NCBI RefSeq assembly: GCF_036321535.1
Contig: NC_087472.1
Coordinates: 100,318,001-100,382,000, forward strand
Length of the DNA: 64,000 nt
Direction of reading: 5' to 3'
Origin: Camelus dromedarius
Taxonomy: Eukaryota
In this document: one piece after another, positions 23,715-35,929 of the stretch
How positions within the stretch are numbered: the first letter of the stretch is position 1
Layout: each line of letters starts with the position of its first letter
Program-made: the position numbers and the translations under genes
Notes under the pieces: model-generated
Databases searched by the model: none
Told to the model about the DNA's origin: nothing
What the model saw: the letters and a program-made list of their open reading frames with translations, nothing else

Positions 23715-25815
23715 ACAGGGGGTAATGTCAGCAACATGGCAGAATAGGAGGTCCCCTACTTATACCCCCATGGCAACAGTAATTTGGCAGCATCCACCAA
23801 CAAAAATGCCTTTGTGGCAGCTTTGCGATCTAGATAGGAGGTCGCCAAACCCTGGTGGAGCCGGAGACTGAGGAGGGCCATTTTGGCACACACCCAGGTG
23901 GCAGCTACAGACCCAGAAACAGACCCGTCTCTCTGTGGACGTGGCCACAGTCCCATTTGGCCTTGGTCCTGCCATCAGCACTATCCACTAAGGGACCTGG
24001 GAAGAGCCATACTGCCCATACCTTGGGTAACAGGCCCACCAGTCTTGGTCCTGGCTGTGGACCCTGAAGCAGCCTCTAGCCCCTCTCTGCCAAGGTCGAG
24101 GAGCAGTCCATGCCCTCAAAGGAAGGCCTGCCGACCTCAGTCTGATTGTGATTGTTGAAGCAGCCCTCCGACTCCATTACTTCTAACATAGTACTGGAAG
24201 TCCTAGTCAGAGCAATTTAGAAAGGAAAAGAAATAAAAGATGTCCAAATCAGAAAGGAAGAAGTTAAACTGTCTCTGTTAGCAGATGACATGATCTTATA
24301 TACAGAACACCGTAAAGTCTCCACCAAACTGTTAGAAATAAACCCACGCATATGTGGTCACTAATCTCTGACAAGGGTGCCAAGAATACACAATGGGGAG
24401 AGGGTAGTCTCTGCAATAAATAGTATTGGGAAAACTGAACATTCACATGCAAAAGAATAAAACTGTACCCCTATCTTACAACATAAACAAAAATTAACTT
24501 AAAATGGATTAAAGACTTACATATAAGACCTGAAACTTTTAAACTCCTTGAAGTAAATACAGAGGAAAGCTCCTTGTCATTGGTCTTGGCAATGATTTCT
24601 TAGGTTATGACACCAAAAGCACAAGCAAGAAAAGCAAAAATAAATAAATGAAACATCAAACTAAAAAGCTTCTCTACAGCAAAGGAAACAATTAAAAAAA
24701 TGAAAAGGCAACCTATGGAATGGGAGAAAATATTTGCAAACCATTTATCTAATAAGGGGTTAATATTCAAAATGTATAAGGAACTCACACAACTCAATAG
24801 CATAAAAACCAAATAATCTGATTTTAGAATGGTCAAAGGAACTGAATAGACATTTTTCCAAAGAAGACATACAAATGGCCCTCAGGTACACAAAAAGGTG
24901 CTCAACATCATGAATCATCAGGGAAATGCAAATCAAAACCACAGTGAGATATCATCTCACACCTGCTAGGATTGCTATCATCAAAAAGACAAGCGATAAG
25001 TGTTGGTGAGGGTATAGACAAAAGGGTACAAGTCCCTTGTACACTGTTGGCAGGAATGTAAATTGGTACAGCCATTAAAGAAAACATGAAGTTTCCACAA
25101 AAAACTAAAAATAGAAGTACCATATAATCTAGCAACCTCATAGCTGCATACATATCCAAAGGAAATTTAATCAGTATCTTGAAGAGATATCTTTACTCCC
25201 ATGTTCACTGCGGCATTATTCACAATAACCAAGATATGGGAACAACCTAAGTGTCTGTTGATGGACAAATGGATAAAGAAAAGTGTTATACACATATGAT
25301 GGAATATTGTTCAGCTATAAAAAAAAAGAAGGAAATCCTGCCACTTGTGACAATGTGGATGAACTGAAGGACATTATACTAAATGAAATAAGCCAGATAT
25401 AGAAAGACAAATACTGTATACTCTCACCTATATGTGGAATCTAAAAAAGTCAAACTTATAGAAGCAGAGAGTAGAATGATGGTTTCCAAGCCTTTGGGGG
25501 TTGTGGGGAAAATGGGAAAGGTTGGTCAAAGTGTACAAATTTTCAGTTTTGAGATGAGTAAGTTCTGTAGATCTAGCGTATAGCACTGTAACTATAGTTA
25601 ATACTGTATTGGATACTTGAAATTTGACAAGCAAGTAGGCCTTAGGTGTATTCAGCACACATAAAATGGTAACCATGTGAGGTGATGGATGTGTTAATTA
25701 GTTTGATTGTGGTAATCATTTCACAATGTATACATATATAAAACCATCACTTTGTGCACTTTAAATATACAAAACCTTTTTTGGTCAGTGATACCTCAAT
25801 GAAGCTGGAAAAAAA
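23715..25815 (+). mobile_element. L1 (L1MA9-like) with both termini and two large internal deletions
   Basis: 5' UTR start with YY1-like CAACATGGC (23732). Jump at ~24170 into RT (NIVLEVL...LSLLADDMILY). Second jump at ~24338 to EINP. Then C-terminal ORF2, 3' UTR and A-tail. Flanked by A-rich TTTGAGAA duplicates at 23707-23714 and 25816-25823. Confidence 0.88.
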
Positions 25816-26199
25816 TTTGAGAATGCTGAGTTCTCTCTGAGATTAAAAAGATACTGGTCACAGAGCAAAACGTGCTACAGAGTTCAGCATAGAGAAAGGA
25901 AGGTAAGCACTGGAGATTTTGTGCAATTTCCCAGATTTCTGGAAGGCCTTATTTGGAAAAAGGTTATACCTTGAATTTTATACTATTTCTTTAAAAAAAT
26001 GAACAGAACACCCTATAATCTTTCCCTCTCAAAGATGTAGTCTATGAACTTGTCCCTGGATTAATTATGCCAAATCAGTGGGAATTTGTCATTTATTTTT
26101 TATTCAATTAATATTCATCGAATGCCTATTATGTGCCAGATACTAGGGATATACATCAGTGAACGAAATCTTATGAAGCTTAGGCTCTAGCAGAGGCCC

Positions 26200-26590
26200 T
26201 GTGTTAGTTTACTAGGACTGCCATAACAAAATACTAGACTTGATGGCTTAAACAACTGAAATTTATTTCTCACCGTGCCGGAGGCTAGAAGTTCAAGATC
26301 AAGCAGCTGGCAGGTTTGACTTCTCCCGAGGCCTCTCTCCTTGGCCTGTAGACAGCCACCTTCTTGCTGTGTTCGCACATGGCCTCTTCTCGGTGCATTA
26401 GCGCCCATCATGTCTTTTTCTCTTCTTATAAGGGTATCAGTCATTTTGGATTAGGGCCCACCCTCAGGACCTCAGTTACCCTAATTACCTCTTTAATGGC
26501 CCTGTCTCCAAATGCAGTCACATTCTGAGGTATTGGGGGTTAAGACATTAACACATGAATTGGGGGGGGCACATAGTTCAGTCTATAACA
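26200..26590 (-). mobile_element. MaLR solo LTR (MLT1B-like)
   Basis: TGTGTTAGTTTACTAGGACTGCCATAACAAAATAC...GGGGCACATAGTTCAGTCTATAACA. Confidence 0.9.
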
Positions 26591-26624
26591 AGCTACAAAC
26601 TAAAAAGTTTCCTACATGCTCCAA

Positions 26625-26783
26625 GTATCATTTCTTAAATTTTAATGTACCTACAAATCACCTGAAGATCTTGTTAAAATGCAGATTTGGTTCAGTAGAT
26701 CTAGGCCTGAGACTCCGCATTTCTAGCAAGCTCCAGGTAATGCTGACACTGCCCATCCAAGGACCACACTTTGAGTAGCAAGG
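26625..26783. mobile_element. MER5A hAT MITE
   Basis: AATCACCTGAAGATCTTGTTAAAATGCAGATT...GACCACACTTTGAGTAGCAAGG. Confidence 0.88.
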
Positions 26784-27260
26784 CAAAACCTTCTCCAGCA
26801 ATAATAAATTTTTTAAACCTTTGGCCTGTCAACAGTTTTACAGAAATAAAGAGAAAATTTTCCCACTGATACATCATTTCAGATGATAACAGGCTGGGAG
26901 CTTTCTAGATGGTCATTTCTGCAAGCTGAACAGACCATATCAACTCCTTGGGGATGTTATTTTTCAGCTGCCAGTCAGCGCTTTCAGTTCTGGATGCCTG
27001 TGGTTGCTCTGGATTCCACCCGTAAGTGGCATGACTTCCCAGTTAACCAGCACTAGGCAGGGACTTAGGAGGAAACCAGGGTCACCACCAGCTAGTGTGC
27101 CCAAGCTTGTTAGAACTGGATGATGCCCTAGAGATCAGTGACAACTGGTTTCCCAGTGCCTTCTGAGAGGTACCAGAGCTTAGGTGCTAATATGTCGTGT
27201 CCAAGGTCACACTGGTCGGGGCGGAGCTGGGCCCAGGATTAAGGACGTCATTCCCTAAAG

Positions 27261-27600
27261 CAGTGGTTCTCATCCTTGGCTGCACATTAGAATCACCTGG
27301 GGAGTTTTAAAACTGTACACATGGCCAGGCCCTACTCCAGACCAATTAAATATCAGAATGTCTCAGAGACAGAGCCTGGGCACTTTTCCCATAATGCCCC
27401 CAGGGTACAAGCCTAATATACCAGTAGCTGAGAACTACTGTCCAAAAGCAGTATTAGAATCACCTGGAGGACTGGTCAAATCAAAGATTGCTAGACTCCA
27501 ACCCCAGAGGGTCTGATGCAGTAGGTCTGGGATGAGGCCCAAGAATTTGCATTCCTAACAAGCTCCCAAGAAATGCTGCTGCTGCTGCTGCTGCTGGTCT
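27261..27600. mobile_element. Two adjacent MER5-family MITEs (MER5B-like 27261-27440; MER5A-like 27450-27600)
   Basis: TIRs CAGTGGTTCTCA / TGAGAACTACTG; second copy TTAGAATCACCTGG...AAGAATTTGCATTCCTAACAAGCTCCCA, ending in a (GCT)n expansion. Confidence 0.85.
27574..27596. repeat. (GCT)n microsatellite
   Basis: About 7 perfect TGC units, grown from the MER5A GATGCTGCTG motif. Confidence 0.9.
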
Positions 27601-28519
27601 GTCCATGAGACAATCCCTGTGGTCAGTGCATTTACCCAGTCCCAAAGGCAAAGTCCTGTGCTTGTCCTCACTTTTGATACTATCCCTCTGCATACCATTC
27701 TTGACTTTCTCTTATAAGGCTAATTTCCATGATCGCTTGTTGCAGATTTTAACCTGATTTTACCCATTTAAAAAACACTGCAGTGTGGGTGAAGGGGAGA
27801 AATTGCATTTGCTCCAAGCTCCCCATCCTTCTAGGAAATGGAAGAATAACCTTGCTTATTCTGAGTTCAGTATACCAATTTTAAGACTTTCACCAACCCC
27901 CTCTAGACACACATTTTCCTGAGTTCTGTGTGTGTATATGAATCAGAACAGGCCAATTTCATTTTCCTGAAAATACCCACTCAATTCCAAACTAATGACT
28001 AGGTTCTAGATTATACCAACCCCAAATACTTGAAAGGTCTCCTAGATGTTTGCCAAACCAAATACAGAGGCATGGCAACCTCATCGTGTTCCTCCAGTGG
28101 ATGTATTTTCCAAATTCAATGAACGGCAAATTTGTGTGTGTGAGGAATCTTCCCCAGCTGCAATTTGAACTGAGAACCTGGAAATCCAACCACCAGAGCT
28201 TTAGACACTGGCGCTATGAATGGAGATGTAGGGTAGAGGCAAAGGGCAGGATGACTTTTTCCATCCTTGCCATGATGGCTGTGAGACACAGATCATGTCC
28301 ACAGCAAGGGGTTGAGGGGGATTGGCAACCTTCAGAAAAGGTGGGCTGTGGTGGAGAAATGCTCCCAAGCATCAGGAAGAACCATGGCAGCAGTGACTGG
28401 GTCCCAAGCCAGTGGAAGATCATTACTCCATCTTGGTGCAGTGTTAGAACCTCCAGCTCTTGTCTCAACTGCACGTATAGGTAGGGCATCCTGTCTTTGA
28501 GGACTGCAGGCTGGGAAGG

Positions 28520-28705
28520 ACATGGCCTAGGAGCTGGACCCTAGTTCAACCCCCACCCCGCCACTTACCATTTGTGAACCTGTCCCCACTCTTCTCATCC
28601 TTAAAATGGGCTTAATACTTACAGATTTGTTGTGAGAGTTTAAATTTAACATGTAAGTAGCACATAGTCCAGTGCCTGGCACATAGTAAACACTCAATAA
28701 GGGGT
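28520..28705 (+). mobile_element. MIR SINE
   Basis: CTCATCCTTAAAATGGG...GTTGTGAGAGTTTAAAT...AGTGCCTGGCACATAGTAAACACTCAATAA. Confidence 0.85.
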
Positions 28706-28819
28706 GTTTTCATTGCCTCAAAATCAAATGTGGATTGAGGTAGGGTACACCAGATATCTCTTTGACAGTTCTTTCCCCACATAATTCAGACAGTCTAAAG
28801 AACACCCATAACTGCATTG

Positions 28820-28975
28820 GAAAGAATAAAAATGGAACATCTGGAGACTTGGATTCTAGTTCTAGCTTCGACTCCAGCAGAACAAATGACTTTGGGAAAT
28901 CAATTACTTCTGTTCTCTCATCAGTAAAAGGGGGAAATTGCCCCAAATGACCTCTAAGGCTTCTTCCCCTCCAAC
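28820..28975 (+). mobile_element. MIR (MIR3/MIRb-like) fragment
   Basis: GAGACTTGGATTCTAGTTCTAGCT...GACTTTGGGAAATC...CTCATCAGTAAAAGGGGG...ATGACCTCTAAGG. Confidence 0.7.
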
Positions 28976-29124
28976 ATTACACATGGATCTATGAGGCCAT
29001 AGATGGCTCAAAAGCTCATTGTTTAGTGTCCACCATTTTTTGAAGCAGCATTTTCCAAACTTACTTGATAAGGATCACCTGAGATGCTTTTAAACATACA
29101 GGTTTCTAGGGCCTTCCCCTAGAA

Positions 29125-29826
29125 CTATACTGTCCAAAACAGTAACCACTAGCTATTTGTTTACTGAGCACTTTAAATGTGGCTAGTCCAAATGAAGATG
29201 TGCCATAAGTACAAAACACACAAAGAAATTTAAAATTTTATATGAAAAAAGAATATAAAACATGTCAATGATTTTTTATTGCTCATATGATAAAATGGTA
29301 CTATTCTGGATATATAAGTAAAATATATTCTTTATATTCTAAATTATAAAATACATTCGGGATTTGTAGATACTACTATATATAAAATAGATAAACAACA
29401 AGATCCTACTGTATAGTACAGGGAACCATATCCAATATTCTGTAATGGCTTATAATGAAAAAGAATATAAAGAGGAGTATGTATATATGTATAAATGAAT
29501 CACTATGCTGTACACCAGACATTAACACAACATTGTAAATCAACTATACTTCAATAAAAAATAAAGATTAAAAAATAGTGCTGGCATGTTAAAAAAATAA
29601 TAATCATAATAAAATATATTATTAAAATTAATAAAATATATTTAAGTAAAATAAAGTTTATTTTAAATATATTAAAAATATATTATTAAAATCAAATGTT
29701 ATTTAAATAACATAAAATACATTATTAAAATTAATTTCACCTGTTTTTCATTTTTTTAGTATGTGATAACTAGAAAATTTAAAATCACACATGTGGCTTA
29801 CACAATACTTCTATGGGATAGCACTG
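29125..29826 (-). mobile_element. MER33 hAT MITE (interrupted by young L1)
   Basis: TIR-like ends CTATACTGTCCA / GGATAGCACTG; AAATGTGGCTAGTCCAAATGAAGATGTGC; TSD CCCTAGAA / CCCTAGAG. Confidence 0.85.
29357..29600 (+). mobile_element. Young artiodactyl-type L1 3' end
   Basis: ATAAAATAGATAAACAACAAGATCCTACTGTATAGTACAGGGAAC...AACTATACTTCAATAAAAAA. Confidence 0.9.
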
Positions 29827-30809
29827 CCCTAGAGGTAAGAATTCAGAATGTATACTAAAGCTGAGAGAATCTATAATTTTAACACTTTACCCAGGTGATA
29901 CTTGGGTTTATCACTACTAGGAAAACACTCTTTTGGTGAACCAAAACAAAGCTCACAGCTTTCATTAAGAACTCATAGGCTTTAGATGGTTGAGGAAATT
30001 ATTTTGGAATAGGATTAATCTGGGTAAGCCTCACTTTGTTCCCCTTTGATTTTAAGAACTCTCCAAGTGCCCTGATCTTGGCATGGAAATGACTATATAT
30101 AATTCCTGAGAATGGAGGAGAGTCAGACTGAAGGGGTTAGAAAATGGAGGCTTTCGGCCTTGTTCTGTGGCCTTACTGCTTCTCACTGTTGTGAGCTTTT
30201 TTTTTCTGAGGCCGGTAAACATCATCTTTGGATCCATATCTGGTTAAAGCTAGGTGGCAGCAGTAGCATAAGATGGCAAGTCAGGAAACCCATCGAGGAG
30301 ATATGAAAATAACGTTGCAGGTCTCTAAACTTCGACCACTAGCTCTTGTCAGCCATGGCTCAGTGTCTAGGAGTCTGGCCCCTAAGCAGGTGAATTAGAG
30401 AAACGGAGGTCATGCAGTGCTGAAGCTCCACCAGAGCTTGGCAGGAAACTCCATTCCTTCCCTACCAGGTGAAGCAAAATGGGGTCAGCACAAACCCGTG
30501 GCATGGACAGTCCCTCCCCACTCCCGGATGACTGGGTCACCTGATTCAGCACAGTGCAACCTTGCTCTCTGCTCTGTGAGGCTCCTGGCTTGTCATGGAG
30601 GGATCTGAGGGGTGATGTCACGCCTCCCCCACTGCTGCCTACCTTGTGTTGAGGCAAAAGAGCACTTGGACAAGTCTTCACTTCACTTCACTCTGCTTTC
30701 AGGATCTTTGTTGCTCGAGGATATATTAATCAAGGTCTAACTGTATCCTGATTTTGTTGCATTTGATTTCAATGTGAACTTTTAACACATTGAATTTCTT
30801 CCCTGCTGC

Positions 30810-31210
30810 CTAGAAAAAAGACTGTAGGCAAAATAAAGACATTTCCAAATACTGAGAATCTGACACCAACTGAGGTCCCCATAAAATAACTTGTGTAGAA
30901 TGTATTGTGAATAGAAAAAAGTGATCTCAGATGAAAGGCTGGAGATATAATTAAAAAACGAGCAAATACAGTAATAAATATGTGGGTAATCTAAAACATC
31001 ATAGAGGACAAAAGCAATAATGTCTCATAAGGTTAAAAAATTGAACCATAATCTCCAATAACAGTAGCATGTAAATCAGGTGGAGGGTTATAAAAGTCAA
31101 AGTACTCTAAAGTGCTTATATTTCTAAACAGAAAGGCAAACATCTTAATTTAAATATTGATGTTATTTTCAAATATCAAAATTTACAGGGTAACTACTAA
31201 AGCAATAGAA
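30810..31210 (+). mobile_element. Old L1 ORF1 3' end / inter-ORF fragment
   Basis: GGCAAAATAAAGACATTTCCA (GKIKTF) followed by an A-rich inter-ORF-like sequence ending AGGGTAACTACTAAA. Confidence 0.6.
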
Positions 31211-31339
31211 GTTGTATCAAAATACGCCAACTTGTTCACAAAATAGGTCCAAAATCATAAAATGGCTGAAACACAATGGAAATGTATTTCTTGCTCGTGT
31301 GACAGCACTGGGCAGGCAAAAAAGGTCCTTGAAGCGGTT

Positions 31340-32577
31340 CTTCCCCAACAGAGATCTGTTTTCTGGGCTGTCTATTCATTTCCATTGGTGTATATTATAT
31401 CACACTCTCCTAATTACTGTATGTTTCAAATAGTTCTTGAAAATGGTAAGATGAGTTCCTCCGCTTAGTTCTTTTTATTAGGACTATCTGGGCTATTCTT
31501 GTTTCTCTGATCATCAACAAATAGTTTAGTCAGTTTGTAAAAGCTCCATGAAAGACACCTTTTGCAATTTTCATCGGAATTGCATCAACTTACATGTATA
31601 CAATATTGAACAATATTGAATTCACAATATTGAATTTGCTTCTCCATAATAAACATGGTATTTTTCTCAATGATTTAGACCTCCTTTGCTTTTTACAATG
31701 CAGAATTTTTACTTTCTCATTAAAGGTCTGACACGTCTCTTGTCATGTTTATTTTACAGTGTGTTATATCTTTAGAAACTACAATTGTTTTCTTCTAAAT
31801 TTTCTTTTGATTGCTGTTGTATATAAGTGCAATTGCTCTTTGTAGGTTGATTGTTTTATATACAGAAAAACTGCTAAATTCTCTTATTAATTCTAGATTT
31901 TTGGGGGGGTTCTTTGGAGGTCATAATATCATTTGTGAATAATAAATTTTGGTTTATTTCTTTTCAATTCTTCTACCTTTTGTTTCTCTGTCTTTCTTCA
32001 CTGCACTGGGTAAGCTATGCAGTACAGTGTTGGAAAGATGCTGTGAGAGCAGCCATTTTTTTTGCTCCTGATCTTAAGGGGAATATTTTCAATGTTTTAC
32101 TATTAATTGTGATATTTTCTGTGTATTTTTGGTACTCTATCAGGTAAAGAAAATTTCCTTCCATTCCTTATTTGCTAAGAATTTTTTAAATTAGTGGATA
32201 ATGTCCTTAACAAATGCTTTTCTGCAACTCTAGTGATTACCATATGCCTTTTCTTCTTATTTATTTTGGTTTTATGGAGAATTGTATTCATTGATTTTCT
32301 AATCAATGAAACCGTATTGTTGAGGAAAACTTGTCTTTATCATTTTTATATATTGCTAGATTTTTAAAAAGATTTTTGTACCTACATATTTGTAAGAGAA
32401 CTAGGCCTATAATTTTCCTTTGTCATATTCTCTTGGTCAAATTTTAGTATCAAGGTTATGCTAACTCCATAAAATGGGTTGATAAACAACCCCTCTCTTT
32501 CTATAATCTAGAATCATTTGTGTGTGATTAGCATTATTATTTCCTTGAGTATTTAGTAGAACTCATTTGTAAAATAC
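31340..32577 (-). mobile_element. Old L1 ORF2 fragment (RT region), inverted relative to neighbours
   Basis: Minus strand begins FTNEFY*ILKE...PFYGVSITLILK (cf. FTGEFYQTFKE...SFYEASITLIPK) and ends near IHQW...IDSPE. Confidence 0.8.
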
Positions 32578-32579
32578 GT

Positions 32580-33860
32580 ATCCAACTCAAGTAATGAGAA
32601 AAGAACAGAATATACCCAAAGAAGGTAAAAAGAAGAAATAATAAATACAACAGTAAAAATAATTAAATTAAAGGCATAAAATAGGGAGTTTTGACAAAAT
32701 TTAGTTCTTTGAAAAAACTAATAAAACAGACAAACATACAGCAAGAAGGAAGAAAAAATGGCAAGAATGAACCATATCAGGAGTGTAACCACAGATGCTG
32801 TGGAATTTTAAAAGGTAACAAAAGGACATTATACATTACTTTAAGGTAATAAAATTTTTAAAATTTATTTATAATTGAAGTATAGTCAGTTACAATGTGT
32901 CAATTTCTGGTGTACAGCACAATGTCCCAGTCATGCATATACATACATATATTCATTTTCATATTATTTTTCATTAAAGGTTATTACAGGATATTGAATA
33001 TGGTTCCCTGTGCTATACGGAAGAAATTTGTTTTTTTAATCTATTTTTATATATAGTGGCTAACATTTGCAAATCTCAAACTCCCAAATTTATCCCTTCC
33101 CACACCCTTTCCCCCCAGGAACCATAAGATTGTTTACTATGTCTGCGAGTCTGTTTCTGTTTTGTAGATGAGTTCATTAGTGTCCTCTTTTTTTCCTTTT
33201 TTTAGGTATATAAATTTTTTAATGTAGTTGAAAAGGATAGAATTCTAGAAATACATAATTTACCAAACCTGATTTAAGAAGAAATAGAAAACCTGAGTAG
33301 CCTCATAACCATTAAATGAGTTGAATCATCAGTCAAATTTTTCCACAGAGAAAACACCAGTTCCAGATGGTTTTCCACATGGAAAAAAATTAAAATAAAT
33401 TCTGAATGGATTAAGAAGTTAAATGCAAAAGGCAATATCCAAAATCTCTTAGGAGATAGTGTGGATGATATCTAAATATTTGTATGACTTGAGAATAGAG
33501 ACATTTCTTAAATAAGATCAAAATAACATAAAGATTAATATCTTCTGTTCAATAAAAGATACTTTTTAAAAACCTGAAAGGAAAAGCCACAAACTGGAAG
33601 AAAATTTTGTAACATAAGTAACAGAAAAAAAAAAAGATTAGTATTCAGAATATATGAAGATGTCCTAGATGTAGATAAGAAATAAGACAAAGAACTAATT
33701 TTTTAAAACGGGCAAAAGACTTGATCAAGTATTTAATAGAATACAAATTTTCAATTAACATGAAAAGACTGCTTACCTCATTAACAATAAAGCAATGCAA
33801 ATTAAAACCACAATGTGATATCACTCACATACCCTAATTAACAATAATTAAATTGTTATC
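32580..33860 (+). mobile_element. Old L1 ORF2 fragments (linker region, then C-terminal region)
   Basis: FFEKTNKTDK and NLPNLI*EEIENL...KTPVPDGF up to ~33375, then a jump to KINSEWIK...GCAATGCAAATTAAAACCACAATG. Confidence 0.8.
32862..33203 (-). mobile_element. Young artiodactyl-type L1 3' end nested in old L1
   Basis: TTGAAGTATAGTCAGTTACAATG...GGTTCCCTGTGCTATAC...TGCAAATCTCAAACTCCCAAATTTATCCCTTCC. Degenerate TSD AGGTAATAAAATTTTTAA / AGGTATATAAATTTTTTAA. Confidence 0.9.
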
Positions 33861-33934
33861 CTTTATAAATTATAACATTTTATAAAGATAATTTTTTGAC
33901 ATATTCAATATTCACTAAAGCATATTTTATATGA

Positions 33935-35105
33935 AAAAAAGATAAAATTGGAGGCTCAGATCAGAAGTCAAACATTCAACTAATAAGAGTTCTAGAAAGA
34001 GAGAACAGAGAAAATATTCCCTCAGAGGGAATTATCAAAGAACATCCCCTAAGGAATAAAGGATGTGAGTTTCTGGATTGAATGAGCATGCCAAGGCATA
34101 TAAATACAAAATTTCAGAACACTTGGGTACAGAATGTTCCAAAAGTGTATATAAAGTATTAAGAAGCAGATAACCTCAGATAGCAATACTGAAAGCTAGA
34201 AGACAGTAGAACATTATCTCCAAATTTCTGAGGGAGACTGATGCCCAATCTAGAATGCTATAGTCAGAAAAATGATCACTGGAATATGATAGTAGAATAA
34301 AAATACTTTTAGATAGGCAAGATCTCAAAAGGTTTGCCTCTCAAAGTTTACCAGTTCAAGAAACTACTACAAGACGTGTTTCATCAAAAGGAGGGCAGAA
34401 ACCATGAGGAAGACATAGGATCCAGAAATAAGGAATCCAACACAGTCTAGAGGAGGTGTAGGAGGGTCCTGGGGGCAGCCCTGCTATGAACCTAGGGAAC
34501 AAATAATACAGACTAGAGCGATACCTCCAAGAGAAAATGGAACTGATGCATTATTTAATGGGTTAAACCACACTGAAAGGAATTTTAAAGTTTTCTTAGA
34601 GAATTTAGAGATGAATTGATGAGAGATACATTCAAAAAGCAAACAAACAGGTGATTAGTAACTTGGAAAAAACCAAAATTAGATAGGCTATAGAATGTGA
34701 TCATATCTACTGTCTATTATGAACAATATTTAAATTGTTAAAATAATATAAACACAGAATATTAATTTAACCAAATTTTTGTTATAAATATATTGGGAAT
34801 GGAGGGAAGAAAAAGTGTATGTTTAGGGAATTGGTTGAGATAGCTAAATCCTATTCTTCCATAGTAGCTAATCGATGGATGATTCTAAAATTGTGAACAT
34901 AAGAAATAGAAGTAATAACATTCTACACAGGGATATATAAAGAATTACCAGAAGAAACATGTAAAAGATTTGAAAGTAGTTGCCTTTGAGAAGCAGAAAG
35001 TGGGATTGGGAGGAAGGAGCAGGTGACTGCAGTCTTTCAGTTTAAGACTAGTCATGCTATTGTATTTCTGAAAACACTATTTATATTAAAAATTAAATTA
35101 AAAAA
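33935..35105 (+). mobile_element. HAL1 (ORF1-only L1 derivative), decayed
   Basis: ORF1-like NIQLIRVLERENRE and AILKARRQ, followed by GAAGACATAGGATCCAGAAATAAGGAATCCAACACAG with no ORF2. Confidence 0.7.
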
Positions 35106-35109
35106 TAAA

Positions 35110-35480
35110 TGCTATGTTATCTACCTTGATAGGATTTTGGACTACCCAAATGTGTGCATTTGTCAAAACTCAATGAAAACATATTTTAAGATTTATATAT
35201 TTCATTGTATGTATATTTTACATAAAAAATCGATAAATAAATACTGAATTCTAATTAATGACATGCATACTGATGTCTGTAATTTACTTTGAAATCCTTC
35301 AAAAAGTAACATGGATCAATGAATGGATAAAGGAATGGATAAATATGTGATAAAAGAAGTACAGTGAAATGTTAATGGTAGACTCTGGGAGGTAGGTGTA
35401 CAGGGGTTCATTGCAAAAGTTCTTCAATTTTGCTGTGTGTTTGAAAAGTTTTATAACAAAATACTGGGACAAATAAAAAT
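35110..35480 (+). mobile_element. Old L1 (L1MC/ME) 3' end
   Basis: TGTGCATTTGTCAAAACTCA...GTTAATGGTAGACTCTGGG...GGGGTTCATTGCAAAAGTTCTTCAATTTTGCTG. Confidence 0.8.
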
Positions 35481-35929
35481 AAATCCAGCACTAAAATTAA
35501 ATTCAAGAGAAGATGTTCTGTCTGGTGTACTAGCTAGTTAAACTTTAATTTTAAAATGCCACTTGCTTTCCCAAAGCATTCTGTAGCCATTTGACCCACA
35601 GATGACTTGTCAAATCAAAGAGGGCAATGACACATGAAAATGAGGGCAGACTGATATTTCTTGTTGGCATTTTTACCAATTTCTCTACAGGGTATGTGTG
35701 TGGCTCAGTGTTGAAATCTCTCTTAACCAGGTTTGTCCTCTGGTTCCGAGTACCCCCTGTTGTCATGAGCTCCAATTGAATTGTAAACTTATCCAAACTA
35801 TAGTTTATAACCTCTAGGGTCACACACCCAGTGGTTCATCAATATGAATTTTGCTCTAATATACTACAGAGGAAAAATAGTTCTTTGGAATAATAGATTT
35901 AGGAATGGATAAGCTGGATTGTCTGGAGA

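Larger units (their letters stand above)
29046..29915. mobile_element. MER5-family MITE split by MER33
   Basis: CAGCATTTTCCAAACTT...GATCACCTGAG on the left and AATCTATAATTTTAACA...CCCAGGTGAT on the right. Confidence 0.65.

Noticed and set aside
28214..28489. 91-aa ORF with a hydrophobic stretch and CCGHDLC resembling a Ly6/uPAR C-terminus
   Set aside because: Lacks the terminal CN and the other conserved cysteines; no exon structure.
31601..31634. Triple CAATATTGAA repeat
   Set aside because: Local slippage of an L1 word; no spacer structure and not CRISPR-like.
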